Shown piece by piece: positions 26,101 to 55,220 of a stretch of 64,000 bases of DNA. Positions within the stretch are counted from its first letter, which is position 1; each line of letters starts with the position of its first letter. Below the pieces are notes generated by a model. The model saw nothing but the letters and a program-made list of their open reading frames with translations. It was not told the origin of the DNA and ran no database searches. The stretch lies in NCBI GenBank assembly GCA_964035545.1, contig OZ037767.1, positions 6,216,707 to 6,280,706 on the forward strand, given 5' to 3'. This stretch comes from Bugula neritina. Its lineage: Eukaryota > Animalia > Bryozoa. Both the position numbers and the translations under genes were made by a program.

Positions 26101-28710
26101 GCCCACCAAGATCTTGTCAGACTGGGTGGCTGATCAAGTGGCCCCACCCTATTGGGTCCCCAACAACGAGATTGTGGTTAGTGTCTTGATGTCACTGTCT
26201 CGGGTCTGTTGGTTGCTTAAGTTTCTCGTAGCCTGTTTACCCATTCTATTTATCCTGTAGTTTCAAGCCCCCTGCTGTGTTCTACAGATATCCACTGGGG
26301 GTACACACTAATATCCACTGGGGTACACACTAATATCCACTGGGGGTACACACTAATATCCCATGTTAGCGTAGGGCCACACGGCGCGATTTACTCACGT
26401 GACGCGCGAGAAAACCCGTTTAGACCTGCCACACACAATGCGTGAGTTGTGAGTGCGTAAATTTATTAGCTAATGATCTTGGAGTTTAACTTTACTGCTC
26501 GCCTATAGATGTTTGTTTTTAAACTGCGCCATCGGCAAGATATTATAAAATCGGAAATGCAAACTATATGAAACTTTTTTAATTCAGTTTGCTAAAAGCT
26601 AAAACGTGAATTAAAATAAAAAAGTGTGCTCGCTAAATGATAATAAGCCAATTAGATCAAACACGCAAGAGATTGCTGCACTTCTCGCTCAGCATGTTAG
26701 ACGCATGAAAACCCGCACACAACATGCAATTTTTGGGCTAAACTGGTTTTCTCGCACATCGCGTGGCCCTACGCTAAGAACCTGATTCATACCCAGGATA
26801 TAACTAGATAATGTGTCAATTGGGGGCGGGGAACAAAATATAATTTAAGTTTAGATTTTTCCAAACATATTTTCAGTGTTCTTTCTACTTGTATTGTAAA
26901 ATATGTTTTCATTTAAAATATGAACATTTACTAACACCATAAGTTCACCAAGCAATGATCTTCTTAGTCAATAGCGTACTGTAGTATATTCTTTTTACTG
27001 AGCAATTCTATGTTCTTTTAAATGATAGTATTTTCTGTAAACTAATTGTTTCTTTAATTGACTTGTTCATTTTTGAACTATATTCACATTAACTTTATAA
27101 TTCCAAGGTATATCAGTACAGATGTTATTTTTTTTGAGCTTAAAGCCTTGTTGACCTGTAGCTAAGGGTTGTCTTCCCTTGGTATACACTGATGTCCCAC
27201 TGTTCAGTCAAGTATTAAGTATCAATTGTTACATTACTTCTATTGTCACACAGGAATGTCATGACTGTCACGAGATGTTCAATGACCAGGAGAAGAAGCA
27301 CCACTGTAGAGGTTGTGGTAAGGGGTTCTGTGACGAGTGTACTCAGTATAGTAAGCCTGTGCCAGAGAGAGGCTGGGGGGAGGGCCCTGTTAGAGTGTGT
27401 GGGACCTGCTATGAGCTACCAACGGGAGAAACTGTTCAAGGTAACATTGACATCTTCTCTATTTGCATCTGCAATACAGTGTGGTTGTGGTGTAGACATA
27501 AGTGTTGTTATTTTACTGTAAGAATGTTTAATTATTGCAAATACTTAATCTGCAAATACTGTAATTTATCCAAAATATACTAATTTAAACATAATTTTCC
27601 TAAGTTTATTCTGTACCATACAGTTTTAATTTGAGCTGGTAAACCTTTTCTTTTATGCATTTATTCCAATGACTTTTTCTAATCAAATTATTCCCCACTT
27701 TTCAGTTTTCTAAGCTCTGTGGGTGGCCATTAGATACTTGTGTGTGGCATGAAGCTGAATAAGGCAAATCGCTATTAAAGTAAAGAATGCAGTCTGAATG
27801 TTCAACTAAAATTATACAAATAAAAGTTGTAAATATTGAGTGTAGTATGTTGAATAAGATATGCACTTCACACGCATTCATTCCCTGCCCCCCCCCCCCC
27901 CCCCATAATAAACTATCACTTGGGAACCTAATTTTAATTAATAAAGAACTTTCCAGTATGGGAGGAATAAGTTGTAACTGAGAGAATTACCTGTAGGTGA
28001 GACTGAAGGTGATGTCACCTCCCTTCGTCCCAGACAGTTCATAGAGAACGTGCAGACAGTGCTGGGAGCCGTCGCTTCAGTGGCTATTGACTACCCAATG
28101 GGTATGTAGTTGCCTCCTAGACATTGCTCTTTAGTCTGTCAAGTAGCTGTAGTTTTATTTTTGTCTGAGCCATTGATGCTGCTGTTATCAAAGATAGTGT
28201 CTGGGAATGATAAATTGCATTTAATTTTTTTATCTTACAGAGCGAAAATATCATCAACTATTACCATGCTTTCACAGCTAAATATAAAAAGCATATTTCA
28301 TTCCAGCAAGCAAACATTCATATTTAACTTTGCTGTCAAAATTTAAAGGAATATTCACTGTCCATTCCATATGTCGATTTAAAGTACGGACACCTTTGTC
28401 AACATAAAGTACTGCTCCAGATTTCTTTTGTCACCTATTATATTTTTTTGCATGTTTTGTTATTTGTCCTGCTGCAGAGATGATTAAAGATTCTGCAAGG
28501 CCGGAGTACTGGATACCAGACCACCTGATTAAGGAGTGCCACCAGTGTCAGGCTGAGTTTACTCCCAAACTTACCATACATCACTGCAGAGCCTGTGGTA
28601 ATGGTGTGTGCGCCGCTTGCTCTACTCATTCTAGACAAGTTCCCTCTAAAGGCTGGGACAGAGACGTCAGGGTGTGTGATGCTTGCTATGGGAAAGAGGG
28701 CCTACTCTGA
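20140..28710 (+). CDS. ZFYVE1: Zinc finger FYVE domain-containing protein 1 (DFCP1) ortholog
   Basis: Exons 20140-21666, 21784-21915, 22232-22447, 23808-23958, 24501-24712, 25230-25427, 25566-25748, 25973-26176, 27254-27440, 27997-28101 and 28478-28710. N-terminal B-box-like CxxC..CxxC..LH; P-loop VSIFGNTGDGKS; CTVGVW, DTEGLLG, RLLLKV; WSGYILECKECGVIY; two FYVE domains (APPYWVPN..KHHCRGCG..VRVC and ARPEYWIPD..HHCRACG..VRVC). Confidence 0.95.
26289..26361. repeat. ~23-bp tandem repeat (3 copies)
   Basis: ATATCCACTGGGGGTACACACTA repeated directly upstream of a MITE. Confidence 0.8.
26366..26777. mobile_element. MITE family A (PIF/Harbinger-like), copy 1, in a ZFYVE1 intron
   Basis: TIR TTAGCGTAGGGCCAC...GTGGCCCTACGCTAA, with inner CGAGAAAACC/GGTTTTCTCG inverted repeat. 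Internal GCTCGCT..AGCCAATTAG is shared with the other copies. The superfamily is inferred from the TWA ends. Confidence 0.8.
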
Positions 28711-30379
28711 CACTGCATCTATTCCTTTGATTCGAACCTAGATTTTTTTTTGAAGTACAACCTTATTTATGTCTTTTCTAGAGAATTCTGTCATATAGGG
28801 CTAGTAAATTTGTTGGTTACTTGAGATTTCCTATAAGCGGTGATTGCAAATATTTTATTTTATATATCAAAACCCTTCAAAAAAAGTTAAAACTAAGTTT
28901 TTTTTTGTCTCAGCTTGTAAGTTTAGTTGTATGTAATATTTTTATTAATTATTATATTATAGGTTTTTGTTTAAAAGTCACCAGATGTACTTTTGGGTGA
29001 TTTTTTACACGTATTAAAAATCTAGTTAATTTAAATTACGAAAAACATAAATAGCAGAAAAAATGTTTATAGCTAACAGTCTAAATTTCAGAAAAACTCT
29101 TCAATAGGTATTGTGCATTCGGTCATAGTATAGAATAGTGTGTACTTTTGTCACTTATATATTTTTCTATTACAGCTAGTGGTTAACTTCTTATTTAGTA
29201 AACCTTGAAACTATATCTTTTGAAAACAATACGTTCACCACTAATATAAATTTTTGCAGACTTCTACATCAATATCTACATATTTTACCTCATTTTACAC
29301 CAGTTGATGAACTTATCACATACACTTCTAATTATTATTTGAGGAATTTAATAAATTATATTCAAACAAATCTAAAGTTCTGTTGATCTCTGTTTTTGTG
29401 TACAACTTTTCAAAACTCACCATAGATGATGCAACTGTGTGTTCTTCAGAGAGTTGAAAAATTCACTGACACAATTTGCAACATGGCATCTTCAACTTAT
29501 GCAGTGGACTTGTATATACATGTATGTATATGAATATACATACATACATGTACACATACATACATAATATAAACATACATATTATATACATACATGCATG
29601 CATACATACAAAACACATATGCATATACACATATATAGGCTACACATGCATACGTAATTGCATGTACACTTGCATATATATTTTATAAGTAAGTGTTAAA
29701 AATAATTATATTATTTTCAAGCTGCAGTACACACACGCACACAGACGCACACATATATACTCAACTCCAAACCCTATATCCAAACTTGGAGGTTTGGGTA
29801 TGGGGTATGGGGTTTGTCTTTATATAAAACACCAGTGCAGCTATTTCTGTCAAAATAAATTTTTCTTAATAAATGTGCAATGACTCTGAGCTGCTTTGCA
29901 ATCTGCATTAGACAAAATTATTTAACATATAATATATTTTAATTTTAAAAATACACAATTCAGACTAATAAAAAGCTTTAACAGTAAAAACCACATTATT
30001 AGCATAAAAAACACATACATAGTCTCAGGTATCATTAGTAAAGGAAAGAGTTGAAAAATTAACTTTGCCAAAGAACTTAAATTCTTACACAAAAAAAATA
30101 GATTTTTGCATATGTGCACTAGAATTAACTAACAATAATGCCGAATGTTTTGAGTTAGCAGTCGCAGAGAAAAAACAGCAGTATCTATATTGACCTTTAA
30201 GCCATAAAAATATTACAGCAATATTCTTTTGGTGAGTTTCAAACTATGATATATGATACAGTTACGATTTAGCTTACAGTAACAATATGTAACAAGATAG
30301 CACTCTCATTCTACTTAAGTCTATTTTATTACAGATTTCTTCCTGAAGAATTTTTTTTAAACTTTAAGCCATTAAAAAA

Positions 30380-46181
<15,802 letters not shown>

Positions 46182-47510
46182 TATCCAAATATATCACAAA
46201 TAGACACTGATGAGCTTTACATTACACAAACTTTGTGCTCTACAGTTTAGATTATGAATGCAAGTGTTAGGCTAACAAATGCATGAGGGCTGATATGATT
46301 CACATTTCCTGTTTCCTCATCACATTCCAGAACAGATGTTGTGTTGTTACACTTGATTGAGCAGAAGTCATGAAATTAATTTTACTTTTGGATTCAAACT
46401 ATTGAGGCTGTCAATCAAGTCTTAATATTTCTGTAAAATAATGTGCCAAGCATTAAATTTTAGCTAATACATGTGAAAATGATTATATTATACATCTATA
46501 TATACATTCATACGGCACCACTATTCTGCATAGCATAAAGAATCTGTTTTAAATCATAGCCAATTTGACATACTTATTGCATTAGTAAAGAGTTACGGTT
46601 TATTTTATTACTATACTTACAACATGCATGAGGTTTTCAGCAGTTAAATATTACATTAGGAGTTCCCTCTCTTGCCACATGCATTTCTCAGATACTTTGA
46701 AAGCAGTGAATATGCACATTTGGTTGGTAAAATGACATAATGCAATATTAGACAGAGTAAATGCAATAAAATATTATTAATAATATAATAAACATCAGTC
46801 ACTATTATAACATACCAGTTTACCGCTACAGTCAAATATAAGTCAGCTTTTAGAGTGGTCGAAGTTTCAGTGCCAGTGTTTAGAGCTGGCTTTTTGGGGG
46901 GGGGGGGGGGAGAGACAAGCTTTGCAACATGTGATAGATACATTGGGTGATTAGGTGAGGTTTGAAGCTATGTAGCATCAACAAGTATATTAATTATATC
47001 ACTCAATTTAGCTTATGGCCATCTCTATGAAGGAACTTCTTTAAACAGGGCTAGAAAAAGGATTTTTTTATGGCAGAGAAGCAATTTTAGCTGGAATACA
47101 ATGGTCTTTTTCTTGCATTCAAACTCCTGATCTCGTGTTTACTATACTCCATTGCTTTGATCATTAGACGACATTTGGTCATCATTACATTACATAGCAC
47201 TTAAATATTTGTTATATTTCAACTACTATCTTCTAACCAGAACGTGCCATCTCATTCCAAGTATAATCAGTACGCAAGGAAGTGCAGGTACATTTGTGAA
47301 TATTTAGTTGTGTTGCAACAGAATTATATATAAAAAACAAATCATGGCTGGGTGCCAATTTGAGTTTTAGGATTTTACTATGAAACAAACATTACTTAAA
47401 GATATACTATATATGTTTACTGCAGCCTCAACACTCACGCAAGTTTATAGTCACTACCCCTGTGAGAAACCCCTGATGGAAAGGGTTTGTTAAAGCAGGC
47501 TAAAGACTAA

Positions 47511-47957
47511 AGTTGCGTTTATACCTTCACGATTTTCGGTCAAAATTTCAATTTGGCCGGGTTGAAATTTCTCCGAGTTGCATTGCATTGTAAAAGCCAC
47601 TCGTTGAAATTTTTGTACTGTGATAACTTAATCGGCCAATTTTAGAATAGGAGTAATAACTCCTTGTAAACATCGTTATTTAGTTATTACTTTGGCGATT
47701 AGACAACGTACTTATACGGTTATAATTACATAGCCTACGCCTTCTCAATTATCGCTTTTATGCTTTCCGCTTCACTAATTCACGACGTTTACAAAGGGCA
47801 TCAAATAGCTATTATGCGAGTCAAATTTCAATTTTAGAAAGTGAGCAACCGCATCAATATGATTTCAACGAGTTTCGGTTTGACTATAAAGGGGTACCCG
47901 GACAAGCATTATTAACTTAAACTCGGTACTTTTTTCAGCAGAGGTATAAACGCAACT
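47511..47957. mobile_element. MITE family B (Harbinger-like)
   Basis: Perfect 16-bp TIR AGTTGCGTTTATACCT/AGGTATAAACGCAACT flanked by TAA on both sides. Confidence 0.85.
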
Positions 47958-47960
47958 TAA

Positions 47961-48304
47961 GCCTAGGGCCACACGGTGCGTATTTTCGCATGCGAAAATC
48001 GAAACCACAAGTAACAAAGGCGTTCACTGTAGCGTCAGTGATGCGTGATAAATAAAGCTTTCATTTTTAAATCGCACTCGCTTTCAATAAAACGCAATTT
48101 ACTGGAATTTAGCACTAAAATAACGAAATTGGGCTCGCTTAATCACTACCAGCCAATTAGGTGACGACGACAGAGACGATTCGCACTTGCGTTGAAAATG
48201 CAGAGCGACAAGTGCGAACGTTTTCTCAACGCGCACAGTGGACACCTTTGCTACTTGTGATTTCAATTTTCGCATGCGAAAATACGCACAGTGTGGCCCT
48301 AGGC
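47961..48304. mobile_element. MITE family A, copy 3
   Basis: Long TIR GCCTAGGGCCACAC.GTGCGTATTTTCGCATGCGAAAAT.GAAA.CACAAGTA and its reverse complement, flanked by TTAA. Confidence 0.9.
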
Positions 48305-48316
48305 TTAATATTTATA

Positions 48317-48436
48317 TGTGGCACAGGAGCAATTATGAATGGGTGCTCTTCCTAACATCACCAATGGCCTTTGTCCGGGTTTGAACCCATGACCTCATGT
48401 TTACTAGACAAACGCTCTAACCCCGGCTGCTCCTTA
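48317..48436 (-). mobile_element. tRNA-derived SINE, copy 3
   Basis: Reverse complement reads GGAGCAGCCGGGGTTAGAGCG..GAGGTCATGGGTTCAAACCC..GCCATTGGTGATGTTAGGAAGAGCA..TTGCTCCTGTGCCAC. Confidence 0.7.
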
Positions 48437-49671
48437 ATGTAGCTTCAGCAGTTTTAGTTTAATAAACTACTGCTATTGGGGGGGGGGGGGGGGCAAACTT
48501 GCAAATAATATTATGACAGACAAATAATAGCGGTAATTCAGTATCTTGTTTAAATTCAATTACTGCATAAATTTTGAAAGTCTTCCCATTTTTCCTGGAT
48601 GCCTTAAATATTTGGCAAGCAAGTAACTTTGCAATAGCGTAAGCAATAATGCACAAAATACATTCAACAATCAAAATGCACCCTTCTCAGCTAGCAGAAT
48701 TTCCTTCAGACCTCACAGTTCAAATGATGATTGACAAGTCTAATGTTCACCAAAGTTATCTGTCCTTGGCAAGTAAGACAAGTGACAGCAAGTGCCCGCA
48801 TAAACTTTAATACTGTCAAAGTTTCAGAATGTCATTATTTAAAAGTGTCAGAATGCATGAACATTGTTTTACACTTTATTTAACTATCCGCTGATTAACT
48901 TGCTATAAATTCAGTTAAGATATGTTTTATATATGTTTATTAAAATACTTGAATAATATCATATTTAACTGTGGGAACTGTTATGTGAAGTGATTCATTA
49001 GTGAGAGTTTCAGCAACTACCAGACTCAACTGCTGAATACTACACACTGCTATAAAGAAATTTGGTGTGACATGATGTGCCTAAGGAACTAAGGTACTAG
49101 ACCACTATTTCATTATATAGTAATGCGGGTTTTCTATCCATCCCCCTTTACAAACTGATATATTTATTTTCAAGAATAATTAGTTCCACTATGTTATTAA
49201 ACAACATGTTATACTATGCTATGCTATGCAGTACAAATAAAGAACTTGAATAACGGTGTATGTTTGTTATTATTTTATTTGGCAGAACATTATGTTTTGT
49301 AAGAAAGTTCATGCAACATCTAATGCAGAAAAAATGCACCAAGCAGTCAAAGCAATCAATAAGCCGTAACCTATCACTATAAAAGTGAGAGACAATCGAA
49401 TACTAGAGAGAAATAAACCTATTATTATAATACAAATTAAAAAGATACAATATTATATATAATATACTATCTCTATGTACAACCTGCTCTGACATGTCAT
49501 AACAGAGTTACTACAGTGTCTGTATGATCATTGATCTCTGTGATGTCATTCAACACTTCATATTCTCATTGTACTACGTGCTAATGTAAGCAGTACTTTA
49601 TATTCAATAAGAGAGGACAACTCTAGTATAACACTGCAGCTCAGTTGTTCAGCTATACACAACTTTTACAT

Positions 49672-50676
49672 TCACAGTCCTTCCAGCTTCTCATATCTAC
49701 ATATCTTAGCTTTCACACTTCCTCCAATTATTGGAATTTTCTGAAACAAATAATACATAAAATAAAGCTATATATATTTTATTGTATTTTTGTATTCTAT
49801 GGGCCTGAAGCTAAAAATTAGTGCAAATATACACTAACTCAGAAATACTCCTTGGTTAGAAATACACGAATTAAAGTAACAGTTCTCTTCCAATAAAAAT
49901 TAGTAACTTATTTGTAGCTATCAAACTACAGTACAATTCAAATAAAGATAAGAGAATTACCCTGTTGACTGTGTAGGAGCTGGACATTGTAGGTTCAAGC
50001 TTTTGAATCTTATCAGATATTGTTGATTGAGCTTTTATGTTGATTTCCGGGCAGATTTCTGCTGTCTGAAACAGAAACCATATTTCTTAGCTTAATGAAA
50101 TGAAAAACTAGTTTTGGATGAGCTAGTATAAAACTTTGCATTTCATACCTTTAAACAATGAAATATAATTATACTAACATTAAAACTGCGATGAGTTTAA
50201 GTACAAAAGGCCATTCCTTGCAGTACTTATATACTGCTTATACAACCGTATACTATTTGCTATATTGTCTAGTTATGCACTATAGTGTTTCTAGTTAAAC
50301 ACTGTCTTAGTTAATAAATATATGAGTTTAGTTACCTGAGTTAAAATAACTTGTTGCAGGTTTCTGAGTTGAGTTTTTGTTATTTGCTTCTTACGAAACA
50401 TTTTGTAGACAACTCCCAACTCCTGGAGAATTTCTAGTTGTTCTTCCTGCAAGTAATAACGTAGATTCAGTGTTGATGATTTGATCGATTCTTTCAGCTT
50501 TTTTGTTATATATTTAGATAATTATAAATTATATTTTTTCTCCAATAAAATTAACTACTTATTAGTTATAAATTTGTAATCGCAATTAGTCATTACGTAA
50601 TGCGTAACATTTTACTTACTGTTGATTTGTTATGAATCACTCTCTTTGCCCACATGACATCACCTTTACTAAACAT
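49672..50676 (-). CDS. Small orphan protein (~106-120 aa), 4 exons
   Basis: Exons 50676 (or 50655/50700)-50620, 50446-50336, 50065-49961 and 49740-49672, all joined by phase-0 GT-AG introns and open throughout: ..MWAKRVIHNKST/EEQLEILQELGVVYKMFRKKQI../TAEICPEI../KIPIIGGSVKAKICRYEKLEGL*. Confidence 0.6.
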
Positions 50677-52297
50677 GGAGAAATCACAAATCACATACAT
50701 GGCTAGCTTTCAAAGTAGAATTATAGTATCTTGAGTAGCAAAATATCACACCCGACTTATTTGTTTGCTGTGAAGTTTGTGACTTTATGTCACGAGGTTA
50801 CGATGTTCATTGTTGAGTTTACAGTTTGGATTATTGTTGTTTATACTTCCATATATGACCACATTTGAATTGCAGACTATTTAGATACATTCATTACAAC
50901 TTTTGCTCATAAGAAACTTTTTATAGGACAAATAACAATATTGTGTTAATTATTATATTTAAACTGTCCAGTGTTCATATTTGAAGATTATCAATGCTCT
51001 CATAACATTTTATATCATGTGATAATTCTGCTATCTAACTATAGTGTCTGTTGTTTGCACACTTTGTCAATTTCCGGAGGCAGTGGAAAAACTGTTTTTT
51101 ACTGACAAGTATATACTTTTCCATCTTCGTTGCTTTCCAATTAGTGAAAACATAAAATGTGTTCGCGTGGCTATATATGCGTTTGTATGTGTAAAAGTGT
51201 GTATACACATAATTTTACAAACGTGCACAGTCCAAGATTATTGCTCAAGTGATGTGTCATGTGATTAAATCAAGTTTCTTTCACAGGAAACATCAATCTA
51301 AAGAGTTATAATATATTTGTAACAATTTATTACAATTTATAAATTAAAATGTAAAAAATATGTTATCAAAACTGAATGATTACAAGAAGTAGCTGTACAT
51401 ACTGAGCTTGAACTTTTAGGCATAACGGAACAGATGTTTTATAAATATAAAAGAGCAACAACAAACCAAATGGTGTTCTGTTCAAGGTCTTAGAGGTGAG
51501 ATAACTCCATAACTCAAACAAAAAGCTAATGTTTAATAAAAACTTGAATCGGCAAATGTGTAAAAGGTGCAACAAGAAGAACTAAATTACATTGTTTTGA
51601 ATAAAAAATTGCACCATGAAATTGCCAAAACACTTGGATTAATACAGCTGCAATCACCATTGCAGACATATGCAAATACATACATAATGTGAAAGGTGAA
51701 AATATAATATAATATTGTATGCTGAAAAAAGTAGTTTAGCAATAAAAATAGCACCAGAAACATGAACAAATCAAGCAAAATAAATAGAATGAGTGGTGCA
51801 AGTAGTGTACTCTGCAATAAGACTATGACATGTATAGATTGTGAAACAGGTCACTCTCAGTCACAGTAAACTGCTATTTACTAGCTATTTTTATTGCAGT
51901 TGCAGGAGAACAGGTAAACAGCTGGCATAGCCCTGGAGGACACCAGAGCTTTGCTAGTAGACTGTATAATGAGTAATCTAATTGGATAGTAGCAAGAGCC
52001 ACTGGAGTATTTCCAAATCATTTCTTTTTAATTTTCTACGGTTAGCAAAGCAAGTGCTATAATCCAGGAGATTTATGATGGCCATGTAGTACGTGTAAAG
52101 ATATGGTGTCTATAATTGAGATCACTGACATTACCCTAGCAAATGCAATTGCAGTGTTTCAAAATGTGATATGCACTCAACAACCAAGAACTGTTTCTTA
52201 TCACATAAATCAGAATATTACAGTAAAGGGGCGAGATTTAAATAACTACCCACATTATATAAACCTCAGGTAAAAACTAAACAAACAGGGGAGATAA

Positions 52298-53898
52298 CTA
52301 TATGACGGACACGGGTAGATTAGAGTCGCTGTCCAAGGCAGCGTATTCTTCTTCGTCTTCCTCGAGCACCATGTCCACTGAACTTTCCGACAGCAACATG
52401 TCATCTTCTTGAGACTTTAGTTCATTGATAGCCGAGTGGAGACTCATGAGTTTACACAGCAGATAGCCATCCATCTGCCTCAGGGACGACTGCAATGGTA
52501 CATGTAATATAGTACATCCTAGAGGGTACATGTGATATAGTGTATCCTAGAGGGTCATGTGATATAGTGTATCCTAGAGGGTACACGTGATATAGTGTAT
52601 CCTAGAAGGTACATGTGATATAGTGCATCCTAGAGGGTACACGTGATATAGTGTATCCTAGAGGGTACATGTGATGTAGTGTATCCTGGAGGGTACACGT
52701 GATATAGTGTATCCTAGAGGGTATTTGTGATATAGTGTATCCTAGAGGGTACATGTGATATAGTGTATCCTAGAGGGTACATGTGATATAGTGTATCCTA
52801 GAGGGTATATGTAATATAGTGTATCCTAGAGGGTACATGTGATATAGTGTATCCTCGAGGGTACATGTGATATAGTGTATCCTAGAGGGTACATGTGATA
52901 TAGTGTATCCTAGAGGGTACATGTGATATAGTGTATCCTAGAGGGTACATGTGATATAGTGTATCCTAGAGGGTACATGTGATATAGTGTATCCTAGAGG
53001 GTACACGTGTTGTAGTGTATCCTAGAGGGTACATGTGATATAGCGTATCCTAGAGGGTACATGTGATATAGTGTATCCTAGAGGGTACACGTGACATAGT
53101 GTATCCTAGAGGGTACACGTGACATAGTGTATCCTAGAGGGTACATGTGATATAGTGTATCCTAGAGGGTACACGTGATATAGTGTATCCTAGAGGGTAC
53201 AGTGTGACACAGTATATTCATTCTAAAAGAAAGTAAATAGAATATATCTGGTAAAACATATATTCTATAATATAAACAGCAGTGTTGAGTCATTATAATC
53301 TGTCTGTCTGCCCAAAGATTACTAAAAATTTTGTTTACTGATAATTCACTAAATTATTTATATATATTATATAAAATAAAATTATGATGACACAGAAGAT
53401 AGATTTGCTCAACTAAAAGGCATGTTAATTATGTATATTACTATACAAAAATCAGTAATTTCGAAGTGGCCTAAATGATAACATTAGATAGCATTAAACT
53501 TGCCATTTCTTTCCTGAGTAGAGTAAGTGATGCCGACATAGATTTAGCCTGGTCAGTCATGGAACTATTATTTAATTTTGCGCTCACACTATCAGAGGCA
53601 GCATTTTCCTGAAAAATTATACAATCATAAATACACACCAGAAAAAAAATGCTAATAAAATTATAACTTTGATAAAACATTAATTCGGATAGAAAACATA
53701 TACTTTTAGGTCCAGCTAAATAAACTAGAAATGAAATAGTAGATTCAAATAAACCACCTGGCTCATAGTCATCTGCTCGGAGTAGACTTTGAGCGACTCA
53801 CTCCACTGCGAGTTGACTGAGTTGGCTATGATACTCAGCACTTTTGGAGCTCGAGGCAAACCAGTTGACTGCAAACTACTGGGTGAATTGGAAGTCAT
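52298..53898 (-). CDS. FAM89A: FAM89-like / LURAP-domain adaptor protein (~145 aa)
   Basis: Exons 53898-53758, 53608-53504 (GC donor) and 52489-52298. GLPRAPKVLS matches FAM89 GLPPLPKSLS, and LTLLRKEMSSLRQMDGYLLCKLMSLHSAINELK matches [30 protein letters not shown]. The symbol is family-level (FAM89A/B). Confidence 0.8.
52496..53201. repeat. 28-bp minisatellite (~25 copies)
   Basis: Unit GGGTACATGTGATATAGTGTATCCTAGA in tandem with no spacers. Confidence 0.95.
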
Positions 53899-54859
53899 CT
53901 GTAAAATAGAAAATGTGATCATGGCTGCCTATAACTATATATACTTATTTAACTTTTCTATTTTAGTGTTGAAACTAAAACTTTCTGAAAAGTAGTACTA
54001 CTACGAGTACTAATACTAGCTGCCCTAGTAGTACTAGCAGCAGCTGTAACAGCAACAGCAGTAGCAACTAGCAGCAGTATTATTAACAGTAGGCGTATTA
54101 CATCAGTGTCAACATGAGCAGGAGTATTTGTATTGCTATTACCCTACGAGTATGATTATTAAAAAAAACAAATTATTAGTATCACTGGACAAATATTATT
54201 TATCGCTATTACTTATACCATTAAAATAGTTGTTAAAATTTTTATAAGATTAAAAATGTAAAATAAAAAATATGAAATATTGTTTTATCAGGCAATTGCA
54301 AATTTCAAATAGTCAGATACTCATATGCTATTAATACAACTAGAACAAATAACATAATGCAGTACTCACAGTCACACCTAGTCGCACTGTGACTATCATT
54401 ATCAATTTGTATTAGTATAGGACTAAGACTAATTATTATTATTAATAGCTACTACTAGTACTGCTAGTATTATTATTATATTTATTGTTATAATTAATTC
54501 ATTATTACTTAAAATTACTAATATTAGAAGTATTACTAATAGTCTAATATTATTAGTAGTGGTGAGTAGTAGCATTACTATTGCAGTTATTATTATTAAT
54601 AGTAGCCTACTACTATAACAGTAAGATACTTATAGTTAATGTTAATGTTGTACTATGCCGACCATCATGTCCGCTGTCAATTTACTTTAAATATTAAGGA
54701 CTTAACTTTTAAGGTATTAGTACTATCATTAATTTATCATTAAGCCATTATAATTATTCAGACTAAATTTAATGATAATGGTAATCACTATCAGTATCAT
54801 GGTGAAAGTGATAATCATAATGATTATTATAATTTATAATTATTATTTGATGATAACTA

Positions 54860-55220
54860 TAATATTAGTATTACTATTATTACTACTACTATAACTATTA
54901 CTATTAGTATTACTATTACTATTAGTATTACTATTAGTATTACTATTACTATTAGTATTACTATTACTATTAGTATTAGTAAACACTAAATGTAATAGAC
55001 TAATACTAATAGTAATAGTTTAAGTTTTAGTTATACTTATAGATAATATTAATAGTTACTATTACTAATACTCTAATTACTAATAGTAATACTAATAGTA
55101 TTACTATTAGTATTAGTATTACTATGTCTATTAGATTTAGTATTACTATTAGTATTACTATTAATATTATTATTACTATTAGTATTAACTATTATGGTAT
55201 TATTATATTATTACTAATAC
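54860..55220. repeat. (TAT/TAC/TAG)n low-complexity tract with local inversion
   Basis: TATTACTATTAG-type units on both strands. Confidence 0.8.

Noticed and set aside
50640-50676. MFSKGDVMWAK resembling the start of a PWWP domain
   Set aside because: No PWWP core motif or downstream domain follows in any splice path found.
52496-53201. 28-bp array as a possible CRISPR (also the 25-bp and 29-bp arrays)
   Set aside because: Units are directly adjacent with no unique spacers, there are no cas genes, and the arrays lie in eukaryotic introns. They are minisatellites.
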